DNA of 64,000 nt from an uncultured Gemmatimonadaceae bacterium. GTDB lineage: Bacteria > Gemmatimonadota > Gemmatimonadetes > Gemmatimonadales > Gemmatimonadaceae. Position numbers and translations under genes: made by a program. The notes below the pieces were generated by a model. The model was not told where the DNA came from. It was given only the letters and a program-made list of their open reading frames with translations, and ran no database searches. The stretch spans positions 160,001-224,000 of the forward strand of contig CAWHHI010000006.1 of NCBI GenBank assembly GCA_963829055.1. The letters run 5' to 3'. Of the stretch, positions 55,124 to 64,000 are shown piece after piece (the first letter of the stretch is position 1; each line of letters starts with the position of its first letter).

Positions 55124-56030
55124 ATGGCGCGCAGACCATCCATCGGAGAAACGCTACTCGGCGGTGTGATCATCGCGCTCGTCGCATTCGTGGCGTCGCA
55201 GGTGCTCGCATCACCGCGCCGAGCGAGCGACAAGCCAGTGCGCACGCTCACTGCGCGAGACAGCGCCGCAATTGTCTGAGCAGTACAGGAGTCAGCTGTC
55301 GGCGCGCCGGGGGGCAGTACGATGTGCCGGAGTGGCTCGCCTCAGTGCAGATCGAACGACTCCAGGCTGCCGCTGAGCGCGACGTCGCAGGCCGCGACGC
55401 GCTGCCGGCGATGTCGGTGGACTCGGTGCGCTCGACGATCGCTGCCGCGAGGACGGGACGTACCTGCGCGCGATGCTGGCTGAGGATGACAACATCATCA
55501 CGCGCTGGCGCGAGCGCGCGGAACCGATCCGTGTGTGGGTGCAACCGCAGTCGGCGGAGCAGGGGTTCTCGCCAGAGCTGGTCTCTCCGACGCGTCGCGC
55601 GTTCCTCGTGTGGAACGAGCTCGCGCTCGGCGTCACGTTCGAGATGATCGACGACTCGACGCAAGCGGATGTGCACGTGACGTGGACTGCGCGAATGCCG
55701 AAGGCAACGCAGCTCGGCACGACGTTCCGGATGACGGGCGGCAGCGGGTGGATCGCGTTCGCGCACGTGGTGCTCTCGACGTCGTACGACATCTACACGG
55801 TGCAGAACGCGGCGCGTCATGAGGCGGGACACGTGCTGGGGCTGGATCATTCGCCGGACATGCGCGACATCATGGCCGCGGCGACGGAGGGCCGGCAGTA
55901 CGAGCTGACGGTCGCGGATCGCCAGACGGCAGTGTGGCTCTACAGGTTGCCGCCGGGGAAGAATCCGCTAGGCTCGAGGAAGGAGGCCGGAGGAGCCATG
56001 GAAGCGGATGGCGCATGGCGAACGGCGTGA
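55124..56030 (+). CDS. Matrixin-family (M10) metalloprotease (frameshifts in 5' part)
   Basis: N-terminal TM; HEAGHVLGLDH plus Met-turn DIM. Confidence 0.8.
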
Positions 56031-56041
56031 CCCGAGCCATG

Positions 56042-56147
56042 TGTCATCCCGAGCGGCAGCGAGGGATCTTCCGTGACGTCATCGTAGCCACCTTGGCCAC
56101 GAGTAGTTCACAGAAGGTCCCTCGTCGCTTCGCTCCTCGGGATGACA
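56042..56147. repeat. REP-like A2
   Basis: TGTCATCCCGAGCG..GAGGGATCTTC / GAAGGTCCCTCG..CTCGGGATGACA. Confidence 0.9.
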
Positions 56148-56618
56148 CCGGCGCCGCCATCACCACTGCCGTTCGAGATTCGCGCCTCGCCCATGCAGGG
56201 GCTCGGGGCGTTCGCCACCGACGCCATTCCGGCCGGCGTTAGGCTCATCGAGTACGCCGGGCAGCGGCTCACGCCCGCGGAGGCCGAGGCGCGGTATCCC
56301 GATGTGCCTGGCGAGCGGCATCACACGTATTTGTTCGCCATCGATGACGACGACGGCAACGAGGTCGTCGTCGACGCCGCCGTCGACGGGAACGAGGCGC
56401 GGTTCATCAACCACTCGTGCGCGCCGAACTGCGACGCCGTCGTCGAGCACGGGCGCATCTGGATCGAGACGATTCGCGACATCGCGCCGGGCGAGGAGCT
56501 GGCGTACGACTACGCGTACATCCTCGAAGAGCGCCACACGCCAGCGGCCAAGCGTCGGTTCCCGTGTCACTGCGGCGCGGCGACGTGTCGCGGGACCATC
56601 CTGGCGAAGAAACGTTAG
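56142..56618 (+). CDS. SET-domain protein-lysine methyltransferase with post-SET
   Basis: GLGAFA, ARFINHSCAPNC, GEELAYDY, CHCGAATCRG. Confidence 0.95.
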   Translation: MTPAPPSPLPFEIRASPMQGLGAFATDAIPAGVRLIEYAGQRLTPAEAEARYPDVPGERHHTYLFAIDDDDGNEVVVDAAVDGNEARFINHSCAPNCDAVVEHGRIWIETIRDIAPGEELAYDYAYILEERHTPAAKRRFPCHCGAATCRGTILAKKR

Positions 56619-56644
56619 GCCGCGCTTCCGAGTGGGGCGAGCCA

Positions 56645-56764
56645 CGTCATTCCGAGCGAGCGGAGCGAGTCGAGGAATCGCGATTGTCCCGATAGAGGGG
56701 CCCCTCTGCCCGTATGATCGCGATTCCTCGACTGCGCCGCTTCGCGGCTTCGCTCGGAATGACA
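56645..56764. repeat. REP-like A1
   Basis: CGTCATTCCGAGCG..GTCGAGGAATCGCGAT / ATCGCGATTCCTCGAC..GCTCGGAATGAC. Confidence 0.9.
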
Positions 56765-56814
56765 CAGGTCCCCGATCACCACGAGCCTAACGTGGACGAT
56801 CGGGCCTCGGGGCG

Positions 56815-57427
56815 TCACCCGTTGACCGCGACGAGATTCATGTACTCGATCCACACCGTGGCCAGCGCGTCGAGCCGAGCACGCAACGCGGCAGCCGACG
56901 CGGGCGCGAGCATGGCGAACGGGTCGGTCGCGAGACGCTGCTTCATCTCGGGGCTCGCCCGCGCCGTGTCGATCTCCATCGGCCCGGGAATCTTCCCCTG
57001 AAAGTCGAGCGTCTCGAACACGCGGTTCACCGTGCGACGCGTTGCCTCGTACCGCTCCGGCGACGCGCCAATCGCCTGCGCTGCGGCCGGCGCGGTGCTC
57101 GACTCGAACGCCGCCTGACTCGCCGCGCCACGCTCCGCCGGCGTCTTCGCGCTGTCACCGCGCAGCCTTCGCCGCCTTCACGAGCTCGATCTCCTTCCGC
57201 AAACCCTTCTCGTACGCGTCGAGGTCGGCCTCGGTGAATGCGAACGGCGTCTCGTTCGTCGTCCGGACACCCGTGCCGACCGCTGGCGGCACGACGCGGC
57301 TGCTAGCGTCCACAGCACTGTCACCCCCGGTCGCGGCCGGCGGTTTTTCAGTCGTGCAGGCGGCGCAAGCAGCGCTCAGCACAATGGCGAGGGCGCAGTT
57401 CAGTCGTCGAAAGAAAGGCGTGGCCAT
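56815..57427 (-). CDS. Hypothetical lipoprotein (frameshifts)
   Basis: Lipobox-like AAC; joins ORF pieces 57155.. and 56815..57030. Confidence 0.55.
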
Positions 57428-57661
57428 GGGCGGTCTCACGGGGAGAAGGGCAGCGATATCTCCGGAAAAAGTACGCCTGTCGCACCCGCCCATGCCACAC
57501 GTTTCGCGCCCCGCCGAAGATTGACGCGAGCGCGGCCTGGCGAGCCCGTCGTCGTCGAGTGATCCGGGGTGCGATGATTCTTGCCATTGCATCGTGATCG
57601 GAGGCGGCGCTCGATTCCCGACACGGCGCCCAGTCTTTCGCCCTCGATTCGACTCTGACGC

Positions 57662-58327
57662 ATGGCTGGAACACCGAGAATGCTGACCCGCCTGATTGCC
57701 GCGCTGCATCGCTGGGCAGAATCCGGCTGGGCCGGCGCCGCGACGGCGTCCTGGGAGGTCCTTCAGAGCTCCGTGGTGCCGGGCCCGAGTGGCGCGGTGT
57801 TCGCGCCGCTGGTCGTGGCCGATCCCGGGCGCGGCCCACGGCTGGCCGCGTGGGGCGCGGCCGGCGCGATCGCCGGCGGGTGCATCGCGTTCCTCATCGG
57901 CGCCCGGGCCTTCGACAGCCTCGGCCTCCCAGTCCTGTCGGCGTTAGGCGTCAGCCACGAGACGCTGGCGTCGAGCGCGACAATGTTCGCACGGCACGGA
58001 TGGATGCTCGTCTTCGTGAGCACGGTCTCGCCGCTGTCCACGAAGCTCACGTGCATAGCCGCCGGCGCGTTCGGGCTGCCGTTCGTCGAGTTCGTTCCGG
58101 CGCTCATCGTCGGGCGCATCATTCGATTCGCGGCACTGACGGTTCTGCTGCGCTTCGCTGGCGAGCGGCTCTGGCTCGCCTCGCTCGTCGCCGGACTGAC
58201 CCTCGCCGATGTAGTCGAACTGACGTCATCTGGGGTCAGACTCGAGTCTGACCCCAATCGTGAACGGCAGCTGGTTGCTGCGCAGTCGCTGGGTGACATC
58301 AGGGCCCTGTCGCTGGCGTTCGGGTGA
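57662..58327 (+). CDS. DedA/YqaA (VTT-domain) membrane protein
   Basis: QSSVVPGP, SPLSTKL..IAAG, GRIIRF; hydrophobic. Confidence 0.75.
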   Translation: MAGTPRMLTRLIAALHRWAESGWAGAATASWEVLQSSVVPGPSGAVFAPLVVADPGRGPRLAAWGAAGAIAGGCIAFLIGARAFDSLGLPVLSALGVSHETLASSATMFARHGWMLVFVSTVSPLSTKLTCIAAGAFGLPFVEFVPALIVGRIIRFAALTVLLRFAGERLWLASLVAGLTLADVVELTSSGVRLESDPNRERQLVAAQSLGDIRALSLAFG

Positions 58328-58498
58328 CGCTGCGAGCTCCGGAGCGTACGAGCCGCGGCACGCACTCAGCGTCGAACCCAGCAACCAGCACGACCACCCA
58401 GCAACCAAGCTTGCTGGCCTGTTTCGACGGTTGGCCGCGAATCAGGCATACCTCCCGCGTGAGTGGCACGCCCGTTTGCCACCGCCTGAGGAGCCACG

Positions 58499-60310
58499 AT
58501 GCCTGACTCAAAGCCGACCGTTTCCGATCAACTGCTCGATCGCCTCGAAGCGTGGGGCGTGCGCCGACTGTTCGGCTTTCCCGGCGACGGCATCAACGGC
58601 GTCATGGGCGCGCTCAATCGCGCCGACGGTCGATTCGAGTTCGTGCAGGTCGCTCACGAAGAGCTCGCCGGTCTCATGGCGACGGCGCACGCGAAGTTCA
58701 CCGGTGAGGTCGGCGTCTGCGTGTGCACGAGCGGGCCCGGCGCGATTCACATGCTGAACGGACTCTACGATGCGAAGCTCGACCACCAGCCCGTCGTCGC
58801 GCTCGTCGGCCAGCAAGCGTTCGCCGGGGTCGGCGGCAGCACTCAGCAGGAGACGAACCTGCGCGCGCTGCTGCAGGATGTCGCGAGCAGCTACCTCGAA
58901 ACCGTCGTCAAGCCAGAGCAACTCGCGCACGTCGTCGACCGCGCGTTTCGCGCCGCCCTCGGCGGACGCACCGTCGCGGCGATCATCCTGCCGCACGACG
59001 TTCAACTCGAGGACGCCGTCGTCGACCCGCCGCACAAGCACGGCCGCCAGCACTCAGCTCCTGGATTCACGCCGTCCCGTCCGGTGCCGCCTGACGAGTT
59101 GCTACGTCAGGCGGCGGACGTACTGAACGCGGGACGCAAGGTCGCGATCCTCGTCGGCGCGGGCGCGTTGCACGCGAGCGAGCAGGTGATGCAGGTCGCG
59201 GAGCGGCTCGGCGCCGGTGTCGCGAAGGCGTTGTTAGGCAAGGCCGTGTTGCCTGACGATTTGCCGTACGTCACCGGCGCGGTCGGCTGGCTCGGCACGT
59301 CGGCGAGCAATCGCATGATGCGCGAATGCGATACGCTGCTCATGATCGGGACCAACTTCCCGTACACGGAGTTCCTCCCGAAGTCGGGTCAGGCGCGCGG
59401 AGTCCAGATCGACGTGGAGCCGAGGAATCTCGCGCTGCGCTATCCGATCGAGGTGCCCATCATCGGCGACGCGGCGGACACCCTAACGAGACTGCTGCCG
59501 CTGCTGGACGAGACGCGCCAGGAGAGTTGGCGCGGCGACATCGAGCAATGGGCGCGCGACGCATGGGCGACGGCCGAGCGGCACGCGCATGCGCAGGCCA
59601 ATCCGGTCAACCCGCAGCTCGTGGTGTGGGAGCTCGACCAGCGTCTGCCTGACAACTCGATCCTGACGGCGGACTCGGGAACGGCCGCGGTATGGCTCGC
59701 GCGATGCATTCGCATCCGTGAAGGCATGAGCGCGTCGCTGTCAGGCGGACTGGCGACGATGGGCTGTGCGGTCCCGTACGCCCTGGCGGCGAAGCTCGCA
59801 CATCCGGACCGCCCTGTGTTCGGCCTCGTGGGCGACGGCGCGATGCAGATGATCGGGCTGAACGCGCTGATCGATGTCGCGAAGCAATGGCGCGCGGCGA
59901 ACAATGGCGGGCGCCCATGGCGCGATCAGCGGTTGGTGCTACTGGTGCTCAACAACCGGGATCTCAACTTCGTGACGTGGGAGCAGCGTGCGATGGACGG
60001 CGATCCGCGTTATGTGGCGTCGCAGGCGCTGCCGGATCTGCCTTACGCGGACTTCGCCCGGATGCTCGGCCTCGACGGCGTGCGCGTGGAACGCCCGGAG
60101 GATATCGGCGCGGCGTGGGACCGCGCGCTGGCGGCGGATCGTCCGTTCGTCATCGACGCGGTGGTGGACGCCGCGGTCCCGACGCTGCCGCCGGAGCTGG
60201 AGAAAGAGCAAGAAGACAAACTCACCCAGGCTCTGTCGAACGGAGATCCCGACGCCGATGCTGTGTTGGAGCAGTTACAGCTCCAAGAGGTCGTACAGAG
60301 CCAAGAATAA
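58499..60310 (+). CDS. Thiamine-pyrophosphate-requiring protein (pyruvate oxidase/dehydrogenase-like)
   Basis: FGFPGDGIN, HEE, TSGPG, GDGAMQM..LNN. Confidence 0.93.
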   Translation: MPDSKPTVSDQLLDRLEAWGVRRLFGFPGDGINGVMGALNRADGRFEFVQVAHEELAGLMATAHAKFTGEVGVCVCTSGPGAIHMLNGLYDAKLDHQPVVALVGQQAFAGVGGSTQQETNLRALLQDVASSYLETVVKPEQLAHVVDRAFRAALGGRTVAAIILPHDVQLEDAVVDPPHKHGRQHSAPGFTPSRPVPPDELLRQAADVLNAGRKVAILVGAGALHASEQVMQVAERLGAGVAKALLGKAVLPDDLPYVTGAVGWLGTSASNRMMRECDTLLMIGTNFPYTEFLPKSGQARGVQIDVEPRNLALRYPIEVPIIGDAADTLTRLLPLLDETRQESWRGDIEQWARDAWATAERHAHAQANPVNPQLVVWELDQRLPDNSILTADSGTAAVWLARCIRIREGMSASLSGGLATMGCAVPYALAAKLAHPDRPVFGLVGDGAMQMIGLNALIDVAKQWRAANNGGRPWRDQRLVLLVLNNRDLNFVTWEQRAMDGDPRYVASQALPDLPYADFARMLGLDGVRVERPEDIGAAWDRALAADRPFVIDAVVDAAVPTLPPELEKEQEDKLTQALSNGDPDADAVLEQLQLQEVVQSQE

Positions 60311-60317
60311 ACAGCAA

Positions 60318-60425
60318 GCTGGTAGCTGGGTGCGTCGTGCTTGTTGCTGGGTGACGCTGGATGCGGGCTGGGTGCTCCACCCAGCGTCACCCAGCAACAA
60401 GCACGACCACACCCAGCAACCAGCT
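60318..60425. terminator. Long heptamer-built hairpin between convergent genes (family E)
   Basis: GTCGTGCTTGTTGCTGGGTGACGCTGG / CCAGCGTCACCCAGCAACAAGCACGAC; right arm resembles 58377-58407 and 3442-3474. Confidence 0.65.
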
Positions 60426-60433
60426 GCAGTCGG

Positions 60434-62134
60434 CTATGGCTTTGTGGCTGACATCTGCTCAGCAAGCTTCAACGCCGAGTACGCGTTGACGATGCCACCC
60501 GTGATCGAGAGCGATCCGAACGGAATCGTCTCGCCGTTCTCCGCACCAGGCCGAACGACCTTCTGATCCGCATAACGCGTCGACGAATCCATGATGATTC
60601 GCTTCACGTCCGCGGCCGAGAGGTTCGGGTAGTAGGACATGAGCATCGCCGCGAGGCCCGAGACCACCGGGGCCGCCATGCTCGTGCCGCTCTCGCGCTC
60701 GTAGCCGCCGCCCGGCACCGTCGACAGGATGTCCACGCCCGGCGCGAACACGTCCACCTGCGCCTTGCCGTAGTTCGAGAACGGCGCCGCCAGGCTGTCG
60801 AGGCCCTTCCACGACGACGCACCCACCTCGATCCAGTTGTTAGGCTTGCCGCCCGTCAGGTACACCGGCGTCGGGAAGCTCGGCTTCTCCGCCAGGTTCT
60901 CGCCGTCGTTGCCCGCCGCGTGGACCATCAGCACGCCCTTGGAGTCCGCGTACTTCACTGCCTCGTCCACCGCCGCTTTCTCCGGCGAGAAGCCCTTGCC
61001 GAAGCTCATGTTGATGACGCTCGCACCGTTGTCCACCGCATAACGAATCGCGTTCGCGATGTCCTTGTCGCGCTCGTCGCCGTCCGGCACCGTGCGGACC
61101 ATCATGATCTTCACGTTCGTCGCGATGCCGTCGATGCCGCCCGACGTGCCGCGTACGCCGCCGATGATGCCCGAGACGTGCGTGCCGTGCTTCGCGTCCG
61201 GACCCATCACGTCCGGGTTGCCATAGCGACGCTCGGACGTGTTCGCGTAGTTGTCGCCGACAATGAGTCGTGCATCATAGTCGGGGTTGAGGCCGTACTT
61301 CGCTTTCCCCTCAGCGTCCTTCTGCGCATCCGCGAGGTCCTGCGGCGAGATGCCGGCGTCGGCGAGACGGAGCCACATGACCTTCGCCTGCTGCGTCTCC
61401 GAGCTCGTTGGCTGGAATGCGGTGACCTTCGCGCGCGTCAGCGTATCGGGACCCATGGCGCGATGGAGGATCTCGTTCGCGCGCGTCATCACCACCGAGA
61501 TCTGCTGGAGCTGCTGCGACATCTGCGCGTTCTGGCCGCGCGCCTTCTCGAACTCCTCAGCCGCGCGCTTGCACGTCGCGTCGTCAGGCTTCGGCAGCCC
61601 CGAACCGGCGCCGGCGCCGCCGGGCTTCGTGCAGCGCGCGTAGAGTCGCGTCACCTCGAGTGCGTCGTACTGCACATCCTTGCCGTCCTTCCCGCCGATG
61701 AAGTTCCAGCCGTAGCGGTCGTCCGTGTAGCCGTTGTTGTCGTCGTCCTTGCCGTTGCCGGCGACCTCTTTCGGGTTCGTCCAGAGATTCGCCTTGAGGC
61801 TCACGTGCGCGGTGTCGACGCCGCCGTCGATGACCGCGACGATCACGGTCTTCTTCGGCTGCTTCCCGGCGAGCAGCTCACGCTCGGCGCGGCGAGCACT
61901 GATGCCGGCGACGCGATCGGACGACACGTCGAGCAGCTGCCAGTCGCGCGGCGCCTCGGCGAGCGGCTCGCCTCGCGCGGGCGCAGGTGTCGCGGCAGGC
62001 GGCGGAGTGGTGGGCGCCGGCGTAGTGGCGGTCGGGGCCGGTACCGGCGTCGGCTTCTCGGTGACGGTCTTTGCCGGCGCGCAGGCGGCCAGCATCGCGA
62101 GCGCAATGAAACGAAGTGACGTGTGCGGCTTCAT
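60434..62134 (-). CDS. S8 subtilisin-family serine peptidase, lipoprotein
   Basis: LAAC lipobox; VIDGG, HGTHVSG, AAGN, GTSMAAP. Confidence 0.96.
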   Translation of the reverse strand: MKPHTSLRFIALAMLAACAPAKTVTEKPTPVPAPTATTPAPTTPPPAATPAPARGEPLAEAPRDWQLLDVSSDRVAGISARRAERELLAGKQPKKTVIVAVIDGGVDTAHVSLKANLWTNPKEVAGNGKDDDNNGYTDDRYGWNFIGGKDGKDVQYDALEVTRLYARCTKPGGAGAGSGLPKPDDATCKRAAEEFEKARGQNAQMSQQLQQISVVMTRANEILHRAMGPDTLTRAKVTAFQPTSSETQQAKVMWLRLADAGISPQDLADAQKDAEGKAKYGLNPDYDARLIVGDNYANTSERRYGNPDVMGPDAKHGTHVSGIIGGVRGTSGGIDGIATNVKIMMVRTVPDGDERDKDIANAIRYAVDNGASVINMSFGKGFSPEKAAVDEAVKYADSKGVLMVHAAGNDGENLAEKPSFPTPVYLTGGKPNNWIEVGASSWKGLDSLAAPFSNYGKAQVDVFAPGVDILSTVPGGGYERESGTSMAAPVVSGLAAMLMSYYPNLSAADVKRIIMDSSTRYADQKVVRPGAENGETIPFGSLSITGGIVNAYSALKLAEQMSATKP

Positions 62135-62380
62135 GGGAATCCTTGCGTGCGGTCGGAAGCACGAGCGGCGCGCGTGGCGACGCTCAGACTACGGATGTCG
62201 ATATGCGTGACTCCCGCAGACGGCCAGGAGGCGGCGGGCTGGGATGCTCGACGGGTGCTAGCTGAAGCTAACGCCCAGACTTCGCTCTGTGCGAGGACTG
62301 TGCGACAGGCGGTGGTATGCCCGCTGACCGCACGACCGGACGGCATTGTGCTGCATGACATCGCTTTGTTTACGGGAGCT

Positions 62381-62412
62381 GGGAACGGGGAACCGGGGAC
62401 CGGGAACAGGGG
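62381..62412. repeat. (GGGAACN)n heptamer run
   Basis: GGGAACG-GGGAACC-GGGGACC-GGGAACA. Confidence 0.7.
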
Positions 62413-62416
62413 CTGC

Positions 62417-63777
62417 ATGCCGCGAGCTCTCATACGTCTCGTTGGGATCCTTGCGCGCCATCGCCAGCGGCGCCTGCGGACGCCCGCTCGGCAACGAGCC
62501 GCACCCAGACGGCGCGCGATCCCGTCGCGAGCCCCGCAACGACCCCGCTCGCGCTCGTCGGAGTGCGGGTCGTCCCGATGACGTCGAACGTCGTGCTGGT
62601 CGATCAGACGATCATCGTGCGCGACGGCGTCGTCACCGCGCTCGGGCCGTCCGCAGCCACACCGGTTCCAGCCGGCGCGACCGTCGTTACAGCGGCGGCG
62701 GCCGCTACGTCATGCCGGCGCTCATCGACATGCACGTGCACCTGTCGAGCGCCGATCTCGACGCGTACGTCAACGCGGGCATCGGCACCGTGCGCAACAT
62801 GTGGGGCTTCGCGTCGATCGCGACGATGCAGCGCGACATTGAAGCCGGCGCGCGCGTGGGCCCGACGATCATCAGTGCGAGCCCGGGGCTCGACGGTCCG
62901 CCGGCTCAGTGGCCCGGCACGCTGCTCATCACCGATGCGCGTGAGGCGCGCGCGCTCGTGCGCGCACAGGCCGACGCCGGCTGGCCATACCTCAAGGTCT
63001 ACACGCGCCTCACGCCGGAAGTGTTCGACTCGGTGATGGTCGCTGCGCGCTCATTTGGCATCACGCCGATCGGTCACGTGCCATTCGAGGTAGACGTGTT
63101 GCACGCGATGGACGCGGGCATGAAGTCGATCGAGCACTTCACGGGCTACGACCGCGTCGGTGAGTCGCACGCGCCGCGCGGGGACGTGGGGGTGGGCGGA
63201 CGCGGACCCGTCGCGCTTCGCGTCGTTGGTCGAGGCGACGGTGCGAGCGGGTGTGTGGAACTGCCCGACGCTCGCGATCTTCGACGAGCTCGCGAAGCAG
63301 CATACGGCGGCTGAGCGAGCGGCGATCGTTCGAAATCGCGGTCTGTTCGTGCGCGAGCTCTCACGTGCGGGCGCTCGTATCCTCCTCGGCACCGACGCCG
63401 GAATCGATGTCGTAGCGCCGGGCGAGTCGGTGCACGACGAGCTACGCGAGATGGTCGCGGCGGGCCTAACGCCGTTCGACGCCTTGCGCGCGGGTACGAC
63501 GAGTGCCGCGGAGTTCCTCGGCCGACCTGATCTGGGCCGAGTGGCAGTGGGCGCGCGTGCGGACCTGTTGCTGCTGGAAGGGAATCCGCTGGCTGATGTC
63601 GCGAACGCGCATCGCATGGACGGCGTGGTCCTGCGAGGCGCCTGGCGCCCGGCGCATCCCGAGGAGCGCATGAGCTGTCATCCGGGAGCGCAGCGACGAG
63701 GGACCTTCGGTGAAGTACTCGTGGCCCGACCGGCTACGATGCCATCACACAAGGTCCCTCGCTGCCGCTCGGGATGA
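62417..63777 (+). CDS. Amidohydrolase-family protein (frameshifts; stop inside repeat)
   Basis: MPALIDMHVH, LKVY, GH, SIEH, LGTDAG, GRVAVGARADL. Confidence 0.87.
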
Positions 63778-63779
63778 CA
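63676..63779. repeat. REP-like A2
   Basis: TGTCATCCGGGAGCG..GAGGGACCTT / AAGGTCCCTCG..GCTCGGGATGACA. Confidence 0.88.
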
Positions 63780-63863
63780 CGCGCTCGGCGACTTCGGCGC
63801 GACTCCCAACCAATCGACACGCGCCGTGGTCATATACATCGTGACCTTCGAATGGATGGCGTG

Positions 63864-64000
63864 ATGAGCAAGCGAGCAGGCAGTCGGAGCGGATCGAGGG
63901 ACGAATCGACTGGTGAGCCGTTTACTCGGCGGGAATGGATCGTGGCCGGCGGGTCGGTTCTCCTGGCGGCCTGCGCGAGCCGGCTCGGTGCCTGACACGT
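63864..64000 (+). CDS. Possible 5' end of a Tat-exported lipoprotein (partial)
   Basis: TRREW..LLAAC; in-frame TGA at 63993 may be an indel artefact. Confidence 0.35.

Noticed and set aside
9008..62119. Long antisense ORFs (e.g. 9008-9955, 16529-17815, 42774-44117, 60920-62119)
   Set aside because: Shadow ORFs expected opposite real genes at high GC; no motifs
1108..63471. GTTAGGC/GCCTAAC as integron attC core sites (GTTRRRY/RYYYAAC)
   Set aside because: Most copies are mid-CDS, they are not paired as inverse core/core at gene ends, and no integron integrase is present
4244..63779. CRISPR array
   Set aside because: Repeats are dispersed palindromes or spacer-less tandem heptamers; no regular repeat-spacer period and no cas genes

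Overview
High-GC bacterial chromosomal window (roughly 70% GC by eye). Gene content suggests Gemmatimonadota or a similar soil phylum, which is an inference. Single-base indels are abundant and patchy and look like long-read consensus errors, so many genes are split in the ORF track and were re-joined by eye. Content: five ATPase-less duplicated MacB/FtsX (ADOP-type) permeases and five PadR regulators; a divergent ECF sigma / anti-sigma-YciI fusion pair with twin matching promoters; a three-gene amidohydrolase operon; a probable lanthanide-dependent XoxF-like PQQ dehydrogenase with cytochrome c; an RND pump; a CPA2 antiporter; several peptidases; and a SET-domain protein. No rRNA, tRNA, CRISPR, integrase or transposase was seen. 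Two non-coding signals stand out. (1) The heptamer CGTTAGG/CCTAACG occurs about once per kb on both strands and in every reading frame, carried by rare synonymous codons. (2) A set of modular palindromic intergenic elements (TGTC/CGTC-ended REP-like hairpins, 7-mer and 9-mer arms, 330-410 bp MITE-like elements) nest inside each other and enter coding sequences.
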